A DNA stretch of 64,000 nucleotides, taken from NCBI GenBank assembly GCA_049999805.1, contig JBNGIO010006141.1, positions 151,057 through 215,056 on the forward strand, read 5' to 3'. Origin of the DNA: Folioceros fuciformis. Lineage: Eukaryota. The position numbers and the translations under genes are program-made. Within the stretch, counting starts at the first letter, position 1; the number at the start of each line of letters is the position of its first letter. Below the pieces are notes generated by a model. That model was not told the DNA's origin and did no database searches. It was given only the letters and a program-made list of their open reading frames with translations. Of this stretch, positions 1-12,474 are shown piece by piece.

Positions 1-1666
1 GCATTAATCAAAATACAACCTACACAAATTGTATTCTTTAAGTTTTTGGTTTCTTGATTAAGAAAATATTTTTCTAAATAAAATGTATATATTCAAATAC
101 ATTTTTAAATACATTTTAAAATGTACATTAATCAAAATACAACATACATATCTTGCTATGATACCATTTGAAATAAATAAAAAATACAGATTAATAACAA
201 TATTTTTATTGTATTACATTGTATCTCTCTATATGTAAAGAATATACACTAATTAAAGTTTGTAATAGTTTAAGTAGAAACCAAAAACGACGCCTTTACG
301 AAAAGACATAACCTTAATGAAACGCTATGAGTTTTTAAAATAACTTAATAAATTAACCCTTAATCATGAGTCCAACACATCTATTCCTTTAAGAAACAAC
401 TAAGCCCCAATGGAAGACCTAGTTCTAGTGTCTTTGGACTACTATGATAGGCTTTAACACTATGATTACCAACAACAGAGTGAGTGCCAATGTTAAGGAC
501 ATAAACACATTTCTGAGATGATAGATGATACTTAATTTATAATACAACAAGTTTTTTGCAACTATGGGTTTGTTGAACTCTTTATAAAAGGAGGGATTTC
601 TCGCTCATCTTTCTTTTGAATACTAGATCCTTAAGTGGCCTATCTAAAGTCTTGTACATGCCATTGCCTGTGAAAAGCATATAGACCTAGATTCCTTATA
701 CACAATAGAAACCAAGGGAAGGAAGTGTGAGGATGTAGTCCTGGGTTTGTTGGAATCGATTCCTTATGCCTATGCATAGCTTGAATGTCACTGAAGAGAT
801 GATGAAAGGGAAGAAGAAAAGAGATGATGAAAGGGAAGAAGAAAACATGCGAAGAAGAGATTGAAAGCTTCGTCTTACCATTGAGTAGTTGTAGTTACAC
901 CACATAAGTTTTCTCATCCCACAAAATGAAGTCTAAGCATGCACCTGACACCCTTCAAGACTAGAATTGAAGAAGTTTTACAAGTGTACATAGCTTTCGA
1001 GTAATAAGTGAAATGCTTGAACCTACCTTTCGTGACACGATGCAAAAGAAAAAGCACGTTGAAAGAAAATATTTCCCTCCACCCTAGTGTATGTGTATTA
1101 TTATGAGCTCTACAAAATGCTCTAAGCATATTCGAGTACAATAATCCAGAAAATAACATCTAAAGACATAGCAGCGCGCACACGGCGAGATCGGTACGTC
1201 GCTACACAGCGAAGGTTCTAGAGCACTACACCATATACTTCCAAGAAGTTTGGTCAGTTTGGTCCGAGGCCATTCTCTGATTCCCACAATTTCGTGCGCC
1301 GTGTCGTGGACGCATCAGGTGAGGCACGCTCGTCATGATCGATGTCTTCTTTCAGTTGTCCAGCAGGTGCTGCATGCCGTGTTGTGGACAGGCCCAGCAG
1401 GCGTGCTTTTGCGGTTTGCTTGACGGTGGTTACGGCTCTGGATTTGTCGTGAAGAGGATCTGTCTGTCGATTACTGTCTGTCCTTTGACGGCCGCGTAGC
1501 ACCTAAATCGGCGCAGCAGCTAGTAGCAACTCCAAGCCTTGGTATTGGATTGTCGGGCGATGGTTTTGGTGTAGGATGGGGGTGATCAGAGGGTTTGCTG
1601 TGGCATTCAGGCAGATTGGACGATGAGGTCTTGAATGGATGCAACTGAAAGCTGTTTGCGGCGTTT

Positions 1667-1675
1667 TTAGGGTTT
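1667..1675 (-). promoter_or_regulatory. Telo-box (AAACCCTAA) upstream of the CHCH gene
   Basis: TTAGGGTTT lies about 110 nt upstream of the ATG at 1787. A site-II-like TGGGCC (reverse strand) is near 1391-1396. Function is inferred only. Confidence 0.3.
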
Positions 1676-1786
1676 TGATGGTGGATGAAGTCCGAGGCCG
1701 GAGTTGTTTGCTGACCATGTTGTTCGTTCCTTCTTACGGTGTAGATTTTGTTGTTGAGAAGGGCCGAGCGTTCTCTGTCGGCAATC

Positions 1787-2720
1787 ATGCCTCGCCGTAA
1801 CTCTGGTGACTATTCTTTTATCTCTGCTTTGTTATCGCATGTTTCGGTGTTTGAGCATAGCGGTGGAGGCACCGTGAAGTCGGGCAGGGCTTGATGCGGC
1901 GGCGCTCTTTGTAGGTCGTCCGGCTTCTAGGCCCCCTCCCAGGCCTGCCGCTAAGCAGTACTCCACCGCTGCACATCCGCCGGCTCCAGGTAATTTTCGC
2001 TTGTGAATTTTGTGGGTACCGTTCTGACGTTTGTGAACCCCGTGTGTGGCTCACGTGATGGTGTGCTTGCTCTGCAGTGCACCATGCACCTCCTCCTGCA
2101 GTTCATCAGGGCTCTGCCGGTGGCTCCATGCTGGGTGGCCTTGCAGGCACCATAGCTCAAGGTAAGTGTCTCTGCCCGGAAATCTTTAGGGTTACTTTTC
2201 TCAGGTGTTTGAGTGAGAGAAAGATGGTTCTGTCTTGCCAGTGGGATGCAAGCCCCGTCTGACGCCACAGTTGGTGCCTTGGCTTTTCGATTCAGGCATG
2301 GCATTTGGCACCGGTAGTGCTGTTGCGCACAGGGCAGTCGATTCTGTCATGGGGCCCCGCCAAATTGAGCATGTGCACACTAATGCTGAACCTGCGTCCC
2401 ACAGTGGACCAGTGAATGCAACTGTTGGAGATGCTTGCTTCAACCAGTTGAAGTCGTTTCAGGATGTAAGTTCAGCTGTTTGTGTCCGAATCAGGCGTGC
2501 GGTTTGCAAATTATTAGATTTCCAACGCTTAGGATTGTTGCTTCGGCCCTCAACCCTAGCTTCTCACCTCACCACGGTTTTCCTGTTGCAGTGCATTGCT
2601 GCCAACGGGAACGACATTGGGAAGTGTCAGTTCTACGTTGATATGCTGAATGAGTGCCGCAGGGCCCCAACTTCAGGTCAGCTGCTGTCTGAATCCTCTG
2701 GCCAGACTGGTTCGAAGTGA
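1787..2720 (+). CDS. Mitochondrial twin-Cx9C CHCH protein (CHCHD2/CHCHD10/At12Cys-like), about 5 exons
   Basis: Spliced reading MPRRNSG|RPASRPPPRP...GGSMLGGLAGTIAQ|GMAFGTGSAVAHRAVDSVMGPR...CFNQLKSFQD|CIAANGNDIGKCQFYVDMLNEC, with GT-AG introns of about 80-140 nt. Confidence 0.9.
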
Positions 2721-3554
2721 CCTGATTTGTGTGAAGTGCGAAGCTGCCGCTTATTTCCGGGTGCTCTATTGTCGCCCTCCTCATGCCTAAGGGTTGAGGC
2801 ATTAAACACTTTTCTCACCAGCTGTGCATTGTCTGTGCAGTTCTGTGATACATGCATTTGGTCAGGCGGCCACTTGTGTCATTTCAGCATCACCATTCGT
2901 CGGGATCATCCACATATGTTGGATGAACATTTGTTGTAGGTCTGGCTCCCTGGAATTGATGTAGTATCAAACTGAACGTTTAAAGCCAATACCGAATTAG
3001 GGATTGTCTTTTGGTAACTTCTGCATGGGCACTCCCTACACTACGTCGTTCGTTCTCGGCACTCTACAACCACTAAAAAACAGCCCTCTGAGACTCCGAG
3101 GGACAAGAGACGAGGTAGTCGGGACCGTTTGACGATGCCCCTCATTGATACAGGCGGTTGGTTTCCCAGGTCCTGACGTCCTGGCTTCATTGGTTCCTTC
3201 TGATCGTCTCGGAGGGAAGAACGCATTTAGGATACACAGCCAAGACGTTTGATTTGATCGGAGCCGGTACGACGAACCGAGCCAGGAAAGTGGTTGCACG
3301 AATTGCAGGCGAGGCACTAGACTAGGAAGGAGCTGTCGTCGGAAAGGGGCCGAACCGGGTTGGTGCATCCCGCAGCGCACCGTGGAGCACTCCTCGAGCA
3401 CATATAACAAGTCAGACACCATTAAATGGTGCCCCGTACGTTCCGCTACGTCTCCGTCCGTTTCCTTCAATCTGCCCTACAGGATGGTCCGTAGTTGGAG
3501 ATAAGTCTCGCGAAACAGCAGACGCCATATTGAACTGGGTCGAGCTAAAATATA

Positions 3555-3565
3555 ACCCCATATTG
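3555..3565 (+). promoter_or_regulatory. snRNA upstream sequence element (USE)-like
   Basis: ACCCCATATTG at about -70 from the U1 start resembles the plant USE RTCCCACATCG. A weak TATA-like TACTTAGA sits at about -30. Confidence 0.5.
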
Positions 3566-3625
3566 CGCGGGTAACATTCGTAGCCACTTCTTCGGTACTT
3601 AGATGAGGCGAGCCCGCTGGAGAAC

Positions 3626-3786
3626 ATACTTACCTGGGCGGGGCCTATCGGTGATCATGAAGGCCGATGACCTGGGGTTATCCTCGCCATTGCACCAAGG
3701 CCGGGGTGCCTCCACTATCTACCTACGGGTAGAATAGACGTCATAATTTGTGGCAGCGGGGGCTCGCGTTCGCGCGGCCCCCTCCC
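3626..3786 (+). ncRNA. U1: U1 spliceosomal snRNA
   Basis: Starts ATACTTACCTGG (5' splice-site pairing). Has the loop I GATCATGAAG, loop II CATTGCAC, Sm site AATTTGTGG (3745-3753) and terminal stem GGGGGCTCGCGTTCGCGCGGCCCC. Confidence 0.96.
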
Positions 3787-3853
3787 AAATAATTTAAGAC
3801 GGAGTCCAGAATAGACGTCGTAGAGAGTGGCAGCGAGCCCTAGCGTGTCGATG

Positions 3854-3878
3854 CCCTAAACCCTGAACCCTAAACCCT
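3854..3878. repeat. Short interstitial telomeric repeat (CCCTAAA) x3.5
   Basis: ccctaaa ccctgaa ccctaaa ccct. Confidence 0.8.
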
Positions 3879-3952
3879 TGCTCGATCTGATGTTGATCGA
3901 GCTGACTGATAAGTCTGGAGATAAATTGAATCGAACCTCACGCACGCGAAGG

Positions 3953-4083
3953 GAGTCGAACTTCAAGCATTCCCAGTGATGGATCGAACTTAAAGAAGCT
4001 ATTTAGAAGGATTGAACTTAAAGGATGTGCGTGCAAAGTCGGATGAAACTTCAAGAATATTCAAAGTTGGATCGAACTTCAGG
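3953..4083. repeat. Degenerate ~28-bp minisatellite with core GGATCGAACTTMAAG, 5 copies
   Basis: Cores start at about 3953, 3981, 4009, 4041 and 4069. Confidence 0.65.
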
Positions 4084-4368
4084 AAGGAACAAGGGATCCC
4101 CTGCTTCCACAATTGAAGGGTGAGGTTCAAAATCGAAGGCTCCTGGAGCGAATTGGAACTCAGCTTCAGCTTAGGCATTTAGGTTGAAGCAGCAGACTGC
4201 CGGGACCCTGCGTTCACGCGGCAAGGACAGGTTGTCTCCGGAACCTGGGCTGTCTCACAGTATTTGCCCAGAATTGCGAGCCACCGGCCGCCGATCGTGT
4301 TGCTGAATGAACGCTTTGCTACTTACGTTTAATGAAGCCTCTGCCATTTTTGTCTATCGAAGGTAAAC

Positions 4369-7300
4369 ATGGGTCCCAAGAAGAAGGCACCAGCGAGAGC
4401 ATCGTCGACACCTTCGGACCGGGAGAAGACAGCGGCCGAGCTCCGTTTGTCAGCAGGAAACGAAGCTAAATTGCGGCGCCTGCTTCAGAACAATGCTGCA
4501 CAGGCTGTTCCGCAGCAGCAGCAAGAGCTGTCGGAGGGGGAGAGGAAGGTGGCGGGTCGCCGCCTGCGGGCTGTCTACGACAGTCTTGCCAACGAGGGCT
4601 TCCCCGCTCACCACATTCAGGAGGCGCTGGCTGCCATTCCTGTGGTATGGGTCTACTTTGCCGCCTTGTTATTTCAGCTTACCAAGTGTTCCTTCGTTGA
4701 GAAGGTCATTGGGTCTTTGCAGGAATCAGCCACCTTAGAGGCTGCATTGGATTGGTTGTGTCTCAATCTCCCTCCTGATCAATTGCCACTGAAATACGCC
4801 AGCGGGAATCTTCCAGAAGCTGAGACCCGGGGTCTGCTGCTATACCCAAGTTCCTTTCATGCACTGCTTTAAGTTTACACGAAAATTCTGAATCCTATCC
4901 TGTGCTTCCTGTGGTGGATCCATGCGTAGGAGTATCCGTTCAAGTGCTATCGATTGGTTCCTCTGACCGGGTTCCAGCCGGTAGGTCAGTTGACGAGGTT
5001 GAGCCTCAACGAATTTTACAACCTCCAAACGGCAAGCAGTCAGCGGGACTTGATCAGTTTAATCAATCAGAGTGGATCCGGCGATATGTTTTCCAGCAAG
5101 AAGAGGTAGAAGGGTGGGCGTTGTACTGCTCCTTGTGACTCATCTTCCACAAGCGGTTGAAGAATGTTATTCCATCCCACAGGAAGAGCGGGAGCAGAAT
5201 AATGCAAGTAAAGAGGATGGCCATCACGACTCGGACTGGGAGGTATTTTCAAAACATTTCATGTCTGCCTATGCTCTTCTCGAAGTCCAGACATCAGTAT
5301 CTCTGAATTACCCTTAGTGCAGCCAAGCCCCTGAAAATCTCTCTCCTGTTCGTGGTGGTTATCAGCTGTGGGCAGATCCTCGTGCAAGGCAACGGCGAGT
5401 AGAAGAATCTAACGTGCGTTTTGTAGTTCGTACGTGAATGTTGAGCGGAGTGTCTTGGCTGCTGTGCCCATCGATGATTCCTTTCCTGGTGTGGTGGGAC
5501 GAACAGGCTGCAGGTCTTTCCCGTGCCGCTTCAATTCCGGCAGAATTTCAGAAAGCTAAGCAAACTGCAGCTGAAGCTAAGCGCCTTGGGAATAAAGAGA
5601 AGCAGGCAACTGCTAGCAGGCTCCTTCAGCAGTTGAAGCAAGAAGCTGCTTCCCTTGGTATGTGCAGAGACATCCTTGAGCCCAGTTGTCAACTTTTGGT
5701 CTCCAGCTCATGTCTTGCTGTTTATCTGTAGGTTTGTCTGAGGACCTACTACGTTTGGGGCTCCGAAGTGGTGGTGAAGTAGGGGCCAGTGTGAACAGTC
5801 CAACGAAGTGGAGGCAGTCTGGGGGGCTCGATCCCACCGCTTGGTATGTCAGCCCTGAAGAGCCGAATTGTCCCGTTAATGGCGTTGAAAATGTCGCTGC
5901 TACTGGCTTGGTTGCTTTTGCAACGCAGTCGGGAACAACGGCCGCCAGTGTAGAAGTGACAGGAAAGGATACCGGAGAGGAATCACGGATTGCTGATGAA
6001 GCTAAGCGCCTTGGGAACAAGGAAAAGCCAGCAACTACTGGCAGGCTTCTCCAGCAGTTGAAGCAAGAAGCCGTTTCTCTTGGTACGTACAAAGACCTCC
6101 TTCAACGCAGTTGTCAACTTTTGGTTTATCTCAAGCTCATCTCTTGCTGTAAATCTGTAGGTTTGTCGGAGGACCTACTGCATTTGGAGGGCAGAAAAGG
6201 TTGTGAAGCAGGGGCTTGTGTGAACAGTCAAACAGAGGGAAGCCATTCTGGAGGGCCTCAACCCACCACTCGGGATGTCACTACCATTAAGGGCGTTGAA
6301 AATCTCGCTGCTACTAGCTTGGTTGCGTCTGAAAGGCAACCAGGAGCAATCACAGCCAGTGAAGACATGGGAGGGAAGGATACAGGAGAGGACTCATCGA
6401 GTGCTGATGAAGAAGGCATAGCGTTAATGTTTGATGACGAGTCTCCGTCAGAACAGGCCTTGCCAGAGACTGTTAGGAGTATTCAATTAGAGCAAAAAGC
6501 CAAAGCACTGGTTGCAAATAGTTTGTCTAGGAAGGATGAAAGGAAAGGCAAAAGTCGCAGCACTCAGGTACACAAAGCCAGATTGACCTGGGTTCTGGAC
6601 TTATTTGCAAATTTGAAGCTAAACCACTGTAATATTCTCACTCTGCAGTCGCATGAGGGAACGCTCAGGCAGCCCAAGGTACTCCTGCAGCAGCAGTGCC
6701 AGAAGCATGCCTGGGGGGCACCCAAGTATGAAAGACTCCATGGCACAAGAAATGGCTTGTATTTGTGTTCTGTAACGGTTATTCGAACTGCGTCTGGTCG
6801 CGGAAAGAGCAAAGTAGCCGGAGGGCCCGTATTGATTACGCTGCCACAGGACCAAGATGGTTTTCAAACACTCATAGTAACAGCGCTCCTCAACCCTGGC
6901 AGTGCAGATAGTTTCGACTCATTCTATTTGAAGCTTGTCCTTCCTTCCATGATACAAAACCTTTCTTTTGATTCCAGGAAGCACAAGACGCTGTTGCAGC
7001 ATGGGCTCTTTTCTCATTGCTTCCTGATCTTCCTTTATATCGGATACTGCCTGATCCTTATCGAGCTCTGTACCTGCATTGGCTTGCTAAAGGTGTCGTG
7101 CTGCCCTCTTGTACCTTTTGTCTCTCCTGTTTTTTACGGCGTGCAAGCACTTTCATCAGGACCTCTCTGTCTTCATAGTGATTGATACTGAGTTTTATGG
7201 CGGCAAACAGGCGAAAAGGCAACAAAGGAAGCAGCAGACGCTGAGAGTAATTGCAGATCCTCTTTTATTGATACATTACTATCTTCTACTTCTTCTCAAC

Positions 7301-10300
7301 CTGTACCAAACAAACCACCATCCAGAGAGATTGCTCCTCCAAGTCCTTTGGAGCAATCAGGCCCCCAACGTAGGCAACGTAAGACGGCACTCCAGGAGCA
7401 GTTCGAATGTGGCATATGTTGCTTGTTCTTATTAGCATTGTTCCTGGTGGTCAAGGTTCAAAATACTTCTGCTTACGCCTTGCAGGTTCGAGACCAGCTG
7501 TGGAGGAACTTGGACGGAATTTGCTCCAGGCTTTCAAGGAAAGACAAAGCACTAATGACTACAAGGTAAGGAGAAACGTTTTTTTTCAAGGATGTGAACT
7601 CTATTGCTACATGTACTGGAAACTGCTTTGTATTCCATGTTGTCATTTTCTCTGTAGCAAATGATGGCAAAACGGGATTGCCTTCCCATGGCAAAAGTTA
7701 GAGCAGAGTTGCTCACAAAGATCAGTGAAAATGACGTCGTTGTGGTTAGTGGAGAAACGGGTTGTGGGAAGACAACACAGGTGCTGATCAAACAACACTT
7801 CTGGTCTCTCGAACTGGTCTATCCCTTAAATTGATAGTTTACCTCAAATTTGGCCGTTGTCTGCAGGTCCCTCAGTATATTTTAGATGACAGGATCATGG
7901 CTGGTATGGGTGGAACTTGCAATATCATCTGCACTCAACCTCGTAGAATTGCGGTAAGTAAAGGTGACTTTGTGGCAGCAGCATGTATTAATGCCTGGTT
8001 ATAAAATTTTCATACTTCTTGATTGTTAAATATGCTGTGTCAGGCCATCTCGGTTGCAGAGCGTGTGGCTGTAGAACGCTGTGAGCCCTCACCAGGAAAT
8101 AGCGGATCTCTTGTGGGTTATCAAGTACGTCTTGATGCTGCTTGGTAATGCTATTCCTTATACTGAACGGAACCGCATTCCTTCAATTTCTAGACAGCAT
8201 TGTATAAGAACTTTGGGGAAGTAACTGAGTTCGTTATTGGTATTCCAGTACTTCAAGCACAAAAATTCTTTTCTGTACGACTGGTATCCTGCTTCGACGG
8301 TTTGATGTGAGTACTTAATTCTGTAGGGCTTCGTATAGGTTATCATGTGTGTTTGGTGATTGCGATTTATCGACTGTTGCATGTATGGACAGAGTGACCT
8401 CAATCTGACAGAAGTCTCACATGTGGTGGTGGATGAAGTTCATGAGCGGAATGTCCTTGTAAGTAAATTGTTGTTGGTGGCTTCATGAACTGAAGGTGAA
8501 CCTCCAAGGATGATATATGATCTATTGCCAACTTGGGATGACCTACAGGGTGATTTTCTACTGATCATCCTTAAGGATCTTCTTGAACGAAGAAGGGAGA
8601 TGGGAATACCACTCAAAGTTGTTATCATGTACTTTCATTTCAGTATCTTTCATGCATAGCTGGCCACCTATTTGCATTGCAAGTTATGACGGTTTTGGAG
8701 CTGGGACCTCCTTTTCTATGCAAATATACAGTGGTACGTTGACAAGGTTGAGCTGTTACCTTACGCAGGTCTGCCACATTGGACACAGATCTCTTTTCAC
8801 AGTACTTTGGAGGTTGTCCAGTTGTATCTGTTAAAGGCCGGACACATCCAGTGACAACTAAATTTTTGGAGGACATCTATGAATGGCTTGACTATCGGCT
8901 CACATCTGACTCATCAGCTGCAGTGCATCATTCTCATCGAAGGCAGGTACTGCTTAGAGTAGTCTTGCAGTGGAAATTGGTCTTTCATACTTAAAAGTTG
9001 CTGAACGTCATCCCTGTGAGTCACTGAACGTGAGTCACGCGGATTGATGTGGAGCATCCTCTGGACGTGCAGGGATTCAAGAGTACGGTTGGGGGAAGCA
9101 GAGGTAGACAGAACCTCATTCGGACAGGGTTTGGGGATGAGAGCTTATTGGAGGAAGCGCCTGTTAACCCCCTGTTTGATGAACAAATCTACAAACACTA
9201 CAGTTCTAAAACACGTCAAACGTTGGTTAGTCTTCCGAATGTTGGTCCTGTCAAGAACTTACCTTGGCGGTCAGAACATCTGCAAGAGCAACTTATGCTT
9301 TTTGTGCGTTCGTTGGGAATGCGTTAGTGATTTGAGACTTTTTGCCTCCTTCTGCTTGCTTTGATTACAGGCCAGAGTAAATGAGGAAGTGATTGATTAT
9401 GATTTGCTTGAAGATCTTATTATCGCCATAGATGAGCACTTGGAACCTGGTGCCCTTCTAGTGTTCCTGCCTGTGAGTCATCTTTCCAGAGTTTCTGCAA
9501 GTTGGAGTCATGTATCTTTGCTACTGGCCAGGTCAACATCTTACATGCCTCCTGAATGTGGTTGACTCATGGCAAGGTGATGTACAGGGACAAGCAGAGA
9601 TTCAGTTGATCTTAGACCGACTTAGAGTTTCCAAGCGATTTGGCGGACCAGCAGCGCATTGGCTACTTCCACTTCATTCTTCAGTTTCTACAGCAGATCA
9701 ACGGAAAGTTTTTGCCAGTCCAGAAACTGGAGTTCGGAAGGTTCTGAACTGCAATATTTGTTGGTTTCCTGGATCACATACCTTGAGAAAGGATAACACA
9801 GTGAGATGGTGTAGGGATTGCTATTAATCAAGCTGATGCGTATGTATTCGTGACTGTTAGATCGTTCTGGCTACAAACATCGCAGAGGCAAGCATAACAA
9901 TTGACGATGTTGTGCATGTCATTGACTGTGGGAAGCATAAGGAGAACCGTTTTGATCCTCGTCGAGTAAGTAACCTTGCACTTCATGCCTAAATGTTTTT
10001 GCTCGTCATGTCTACCGATTGTTACGATAATTCTCCAGGGTATGACGAGTCTAGTAGAAGCTTGGATTTCTCAAGCGAATGCCAAACAGCGTAGTGGGAG
10101 AGCAGGACGAGTTCAGCCTGGAAATTGCTTTTGTCTGTATACCAGACATCGTTTTGAGAATCTGATGCGTCCATTTCAGGTCTGTCTTTTCTGGTACAAT
10201 CGAGACAACGAAAGAGGTTTTACAGATGTGACTTGTGGACCTGTAGTTGGAGTGTTTAAACCTGATCTGGTGTTTCATAATGGTCCCTCCAGACTCCAGA

Positions 10301-12474
10301 GATATTGCGAGTCCCTTTGGTCGATCTCTGTCTGCAAATCAAAGTTCTCTTGCTTGGTGATGTCTCCTCATTTCTTCAGAAGGTGCCTGCACAGCTCCTT
10401 GCAGTAGCGTTTCTGACTAAGTTCATCGGGGGTGAGACTGGTTTCAAATATGCCTCGTGATTCTCTGTCATGGCAGGCTCCAGAGAGGCCAACAGCAGAA
10501 GCGGTGCAGAGTGCACTATCAACGTTGCACCAAGTGAGTCGTGAATGTTTTGCAAGCTGTCCGTTCTATCTGTTTGTGAGCCTCGTATTTGTTTCATTCA
10601 GGTTGGGGCGCTTGATGAGAACGCGGCCCTAACGTCTCTTGGATATCATCTGGCTGCACTGCCAGTGGACGTTCACATTGGGAAGGTGATAGAGATTATC
10701 GTTCTTGTAGTTTTCACGGTTCTTCCCTGCATATCTGAGTGAACTGATGAATACTGATTTCTTTGAACGCAGATGATATTGTACGGGGCAATGCTTGGCT
10801 GTTTAAGTCCAGTCCTTACTGTTGCTGCTTGTCTCAGCCACAGAAGTCCATTTGTGGTACCGCAGGATCAGGCTAGTGCTCAGCACGACTCATGCTTATT
10901 TTAACTGCCAACCATGCTACTCGAGGTTACAGAATCTTTCCATTGCCATTCAGAAAGAAGAAGCAGTCCGAGCTCAAAGATCTTTGCTTGGTGAAGCTGA
11001 GGAGCGCACGGCTGAGCAGAGCATTTGGAAAGGTCAACAGTCTGATCATTTGGCCATGGTGGCTGCCTATGATGGCTGGAGGAGAAAGGTAGAAATTCTT
11101 GCTTTCAGAAGACGGGTACTTACTGCTTTCACAGGTTCCAATAGATTGTTCAGCATTCCTGAATGCTGGAATGCCGTATTATTGGGACGCTGAGTGGCAC
11201 GATTGGAATATTTACCTGCAGAAAGGTGCGAAAGCAGCTAGGGCATATTGTACCACCTATTTCTTGAGTGCGGTTACTCTAAGCATGTTAAGGTGTGACC
11301 TCCTCCTGTGTAGATTCATAGTTTCAGTATGTTCTCTGTGGTTTTAGTCAGAGATAAAGGGGTGCTGTTGATGTTTGGCAGGGATATGAGGACCCAGTTC
11401 GCTTTTCTTCTCAAGGATATTGGATTCGTTCAGGAGGTTAGGTCCCCTCTCTTTACATTTGGACTACATTGAACTGTTTCTGAAGCCAGGTTCAACTGTA
11501 CGCGTTTGTTCAGATACTGAGTAAGTCGTATGATTTTCCTTGCTCCCACCGCAGGTAGCTGGAGCAACTAGTGGAGATTGGATAGATGATGTGGATAAAC
11601 CGTTCAATAGAAATTCCAAACATCCTGCAGTCGTGAAGGTGTGTGTGTCATGCCATGTAGTCCAACGTCACTAGCAGGTGTTTTGATGCTGGGCTAATGT
11701 TAGACACAGGCAGCTATATGTGCTGGTTTGTTTCCTCAAGTGGCTGCAATGGATGAAGACAGCATTGCCACCGGGCATGCAAGTGCGCTCAGCCTGCGTG
11801 CAGGCTTATCGTCAGGGCGAAGGCCTCGGTGGTCTGATGGCCAAAGAGAAGTTTTCATACATCCTTCTTCTATCAATAGCAGTGTATTTGAGTTCCGTCA
11901 CCCATTCCTCCTTTTTCACGAGAAGGTACGACGACAGTTTCCGCAGCTCTTGGGATGGACAGCCAGACCATTTGCAGCACTTACACACTTTCACTGACAG
12001 GTGAACACCAGTAGGGTGTACTTGCGTGATACGACGGTGGCCTCTCCGTATACTCTCCTCCTCTTCGGTGGCTTGATCAGTGTTCAGCATCAGGTGCGTC
12101 TCATGATTCAGCACAAGATGACAGACTGCAAGCTCTTGTATGCTAGCCTACTGCACATGGTAACATGTAGACAACTGCAGGCTGGTCGTGTCGTCGTGGA
12201 TGGATGGTTGAAGATGCGTGCTCCTGCACAAACTGCTGTGTATTTCAAGGAACTACGACTTGCCCTTGACTCCATCATGCGCGAGAAAATCGGGGCACCC
12301 CAGGTTTGCTCTGGTGTTCCTGGTTTTTTGTATCCCTCAGATCGTCTGCAAACTTCCTTGATGCTTACAGCAAATCGTGTACCTTGGCAGGGCACTTGGT
12401 CAGAAAATGCCAGTAGATTCATCCCGATCATCACTCGGCTGTTGATTGATGAAGACAAGCCAAATGTGGTGTAG
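4369..12474 (+). CDS. DExH7: DExH-box ATP-dependent RNA helicase (plant DExH7 / DHX29-like), many exons
   Basis: N-terminus MGPKKK...[15 protein letters not shown]. Motifs [45 protein letters not shown], followed by HA2 and OB-fold regions (IHPSS, VYLRDTT). Stop at 12472-12474. Confidence 0.92.

Noticed and set aside
1-1150. AT-rich segment with short direct repeats and an LTR-like stretch
   Set aside because: No termini, TSD or coding domain could be defined.
5686-7185. 499-aa ORF as an independent gene
   Set aside because: It is helicase exons joined by read-through of stop-free introns.
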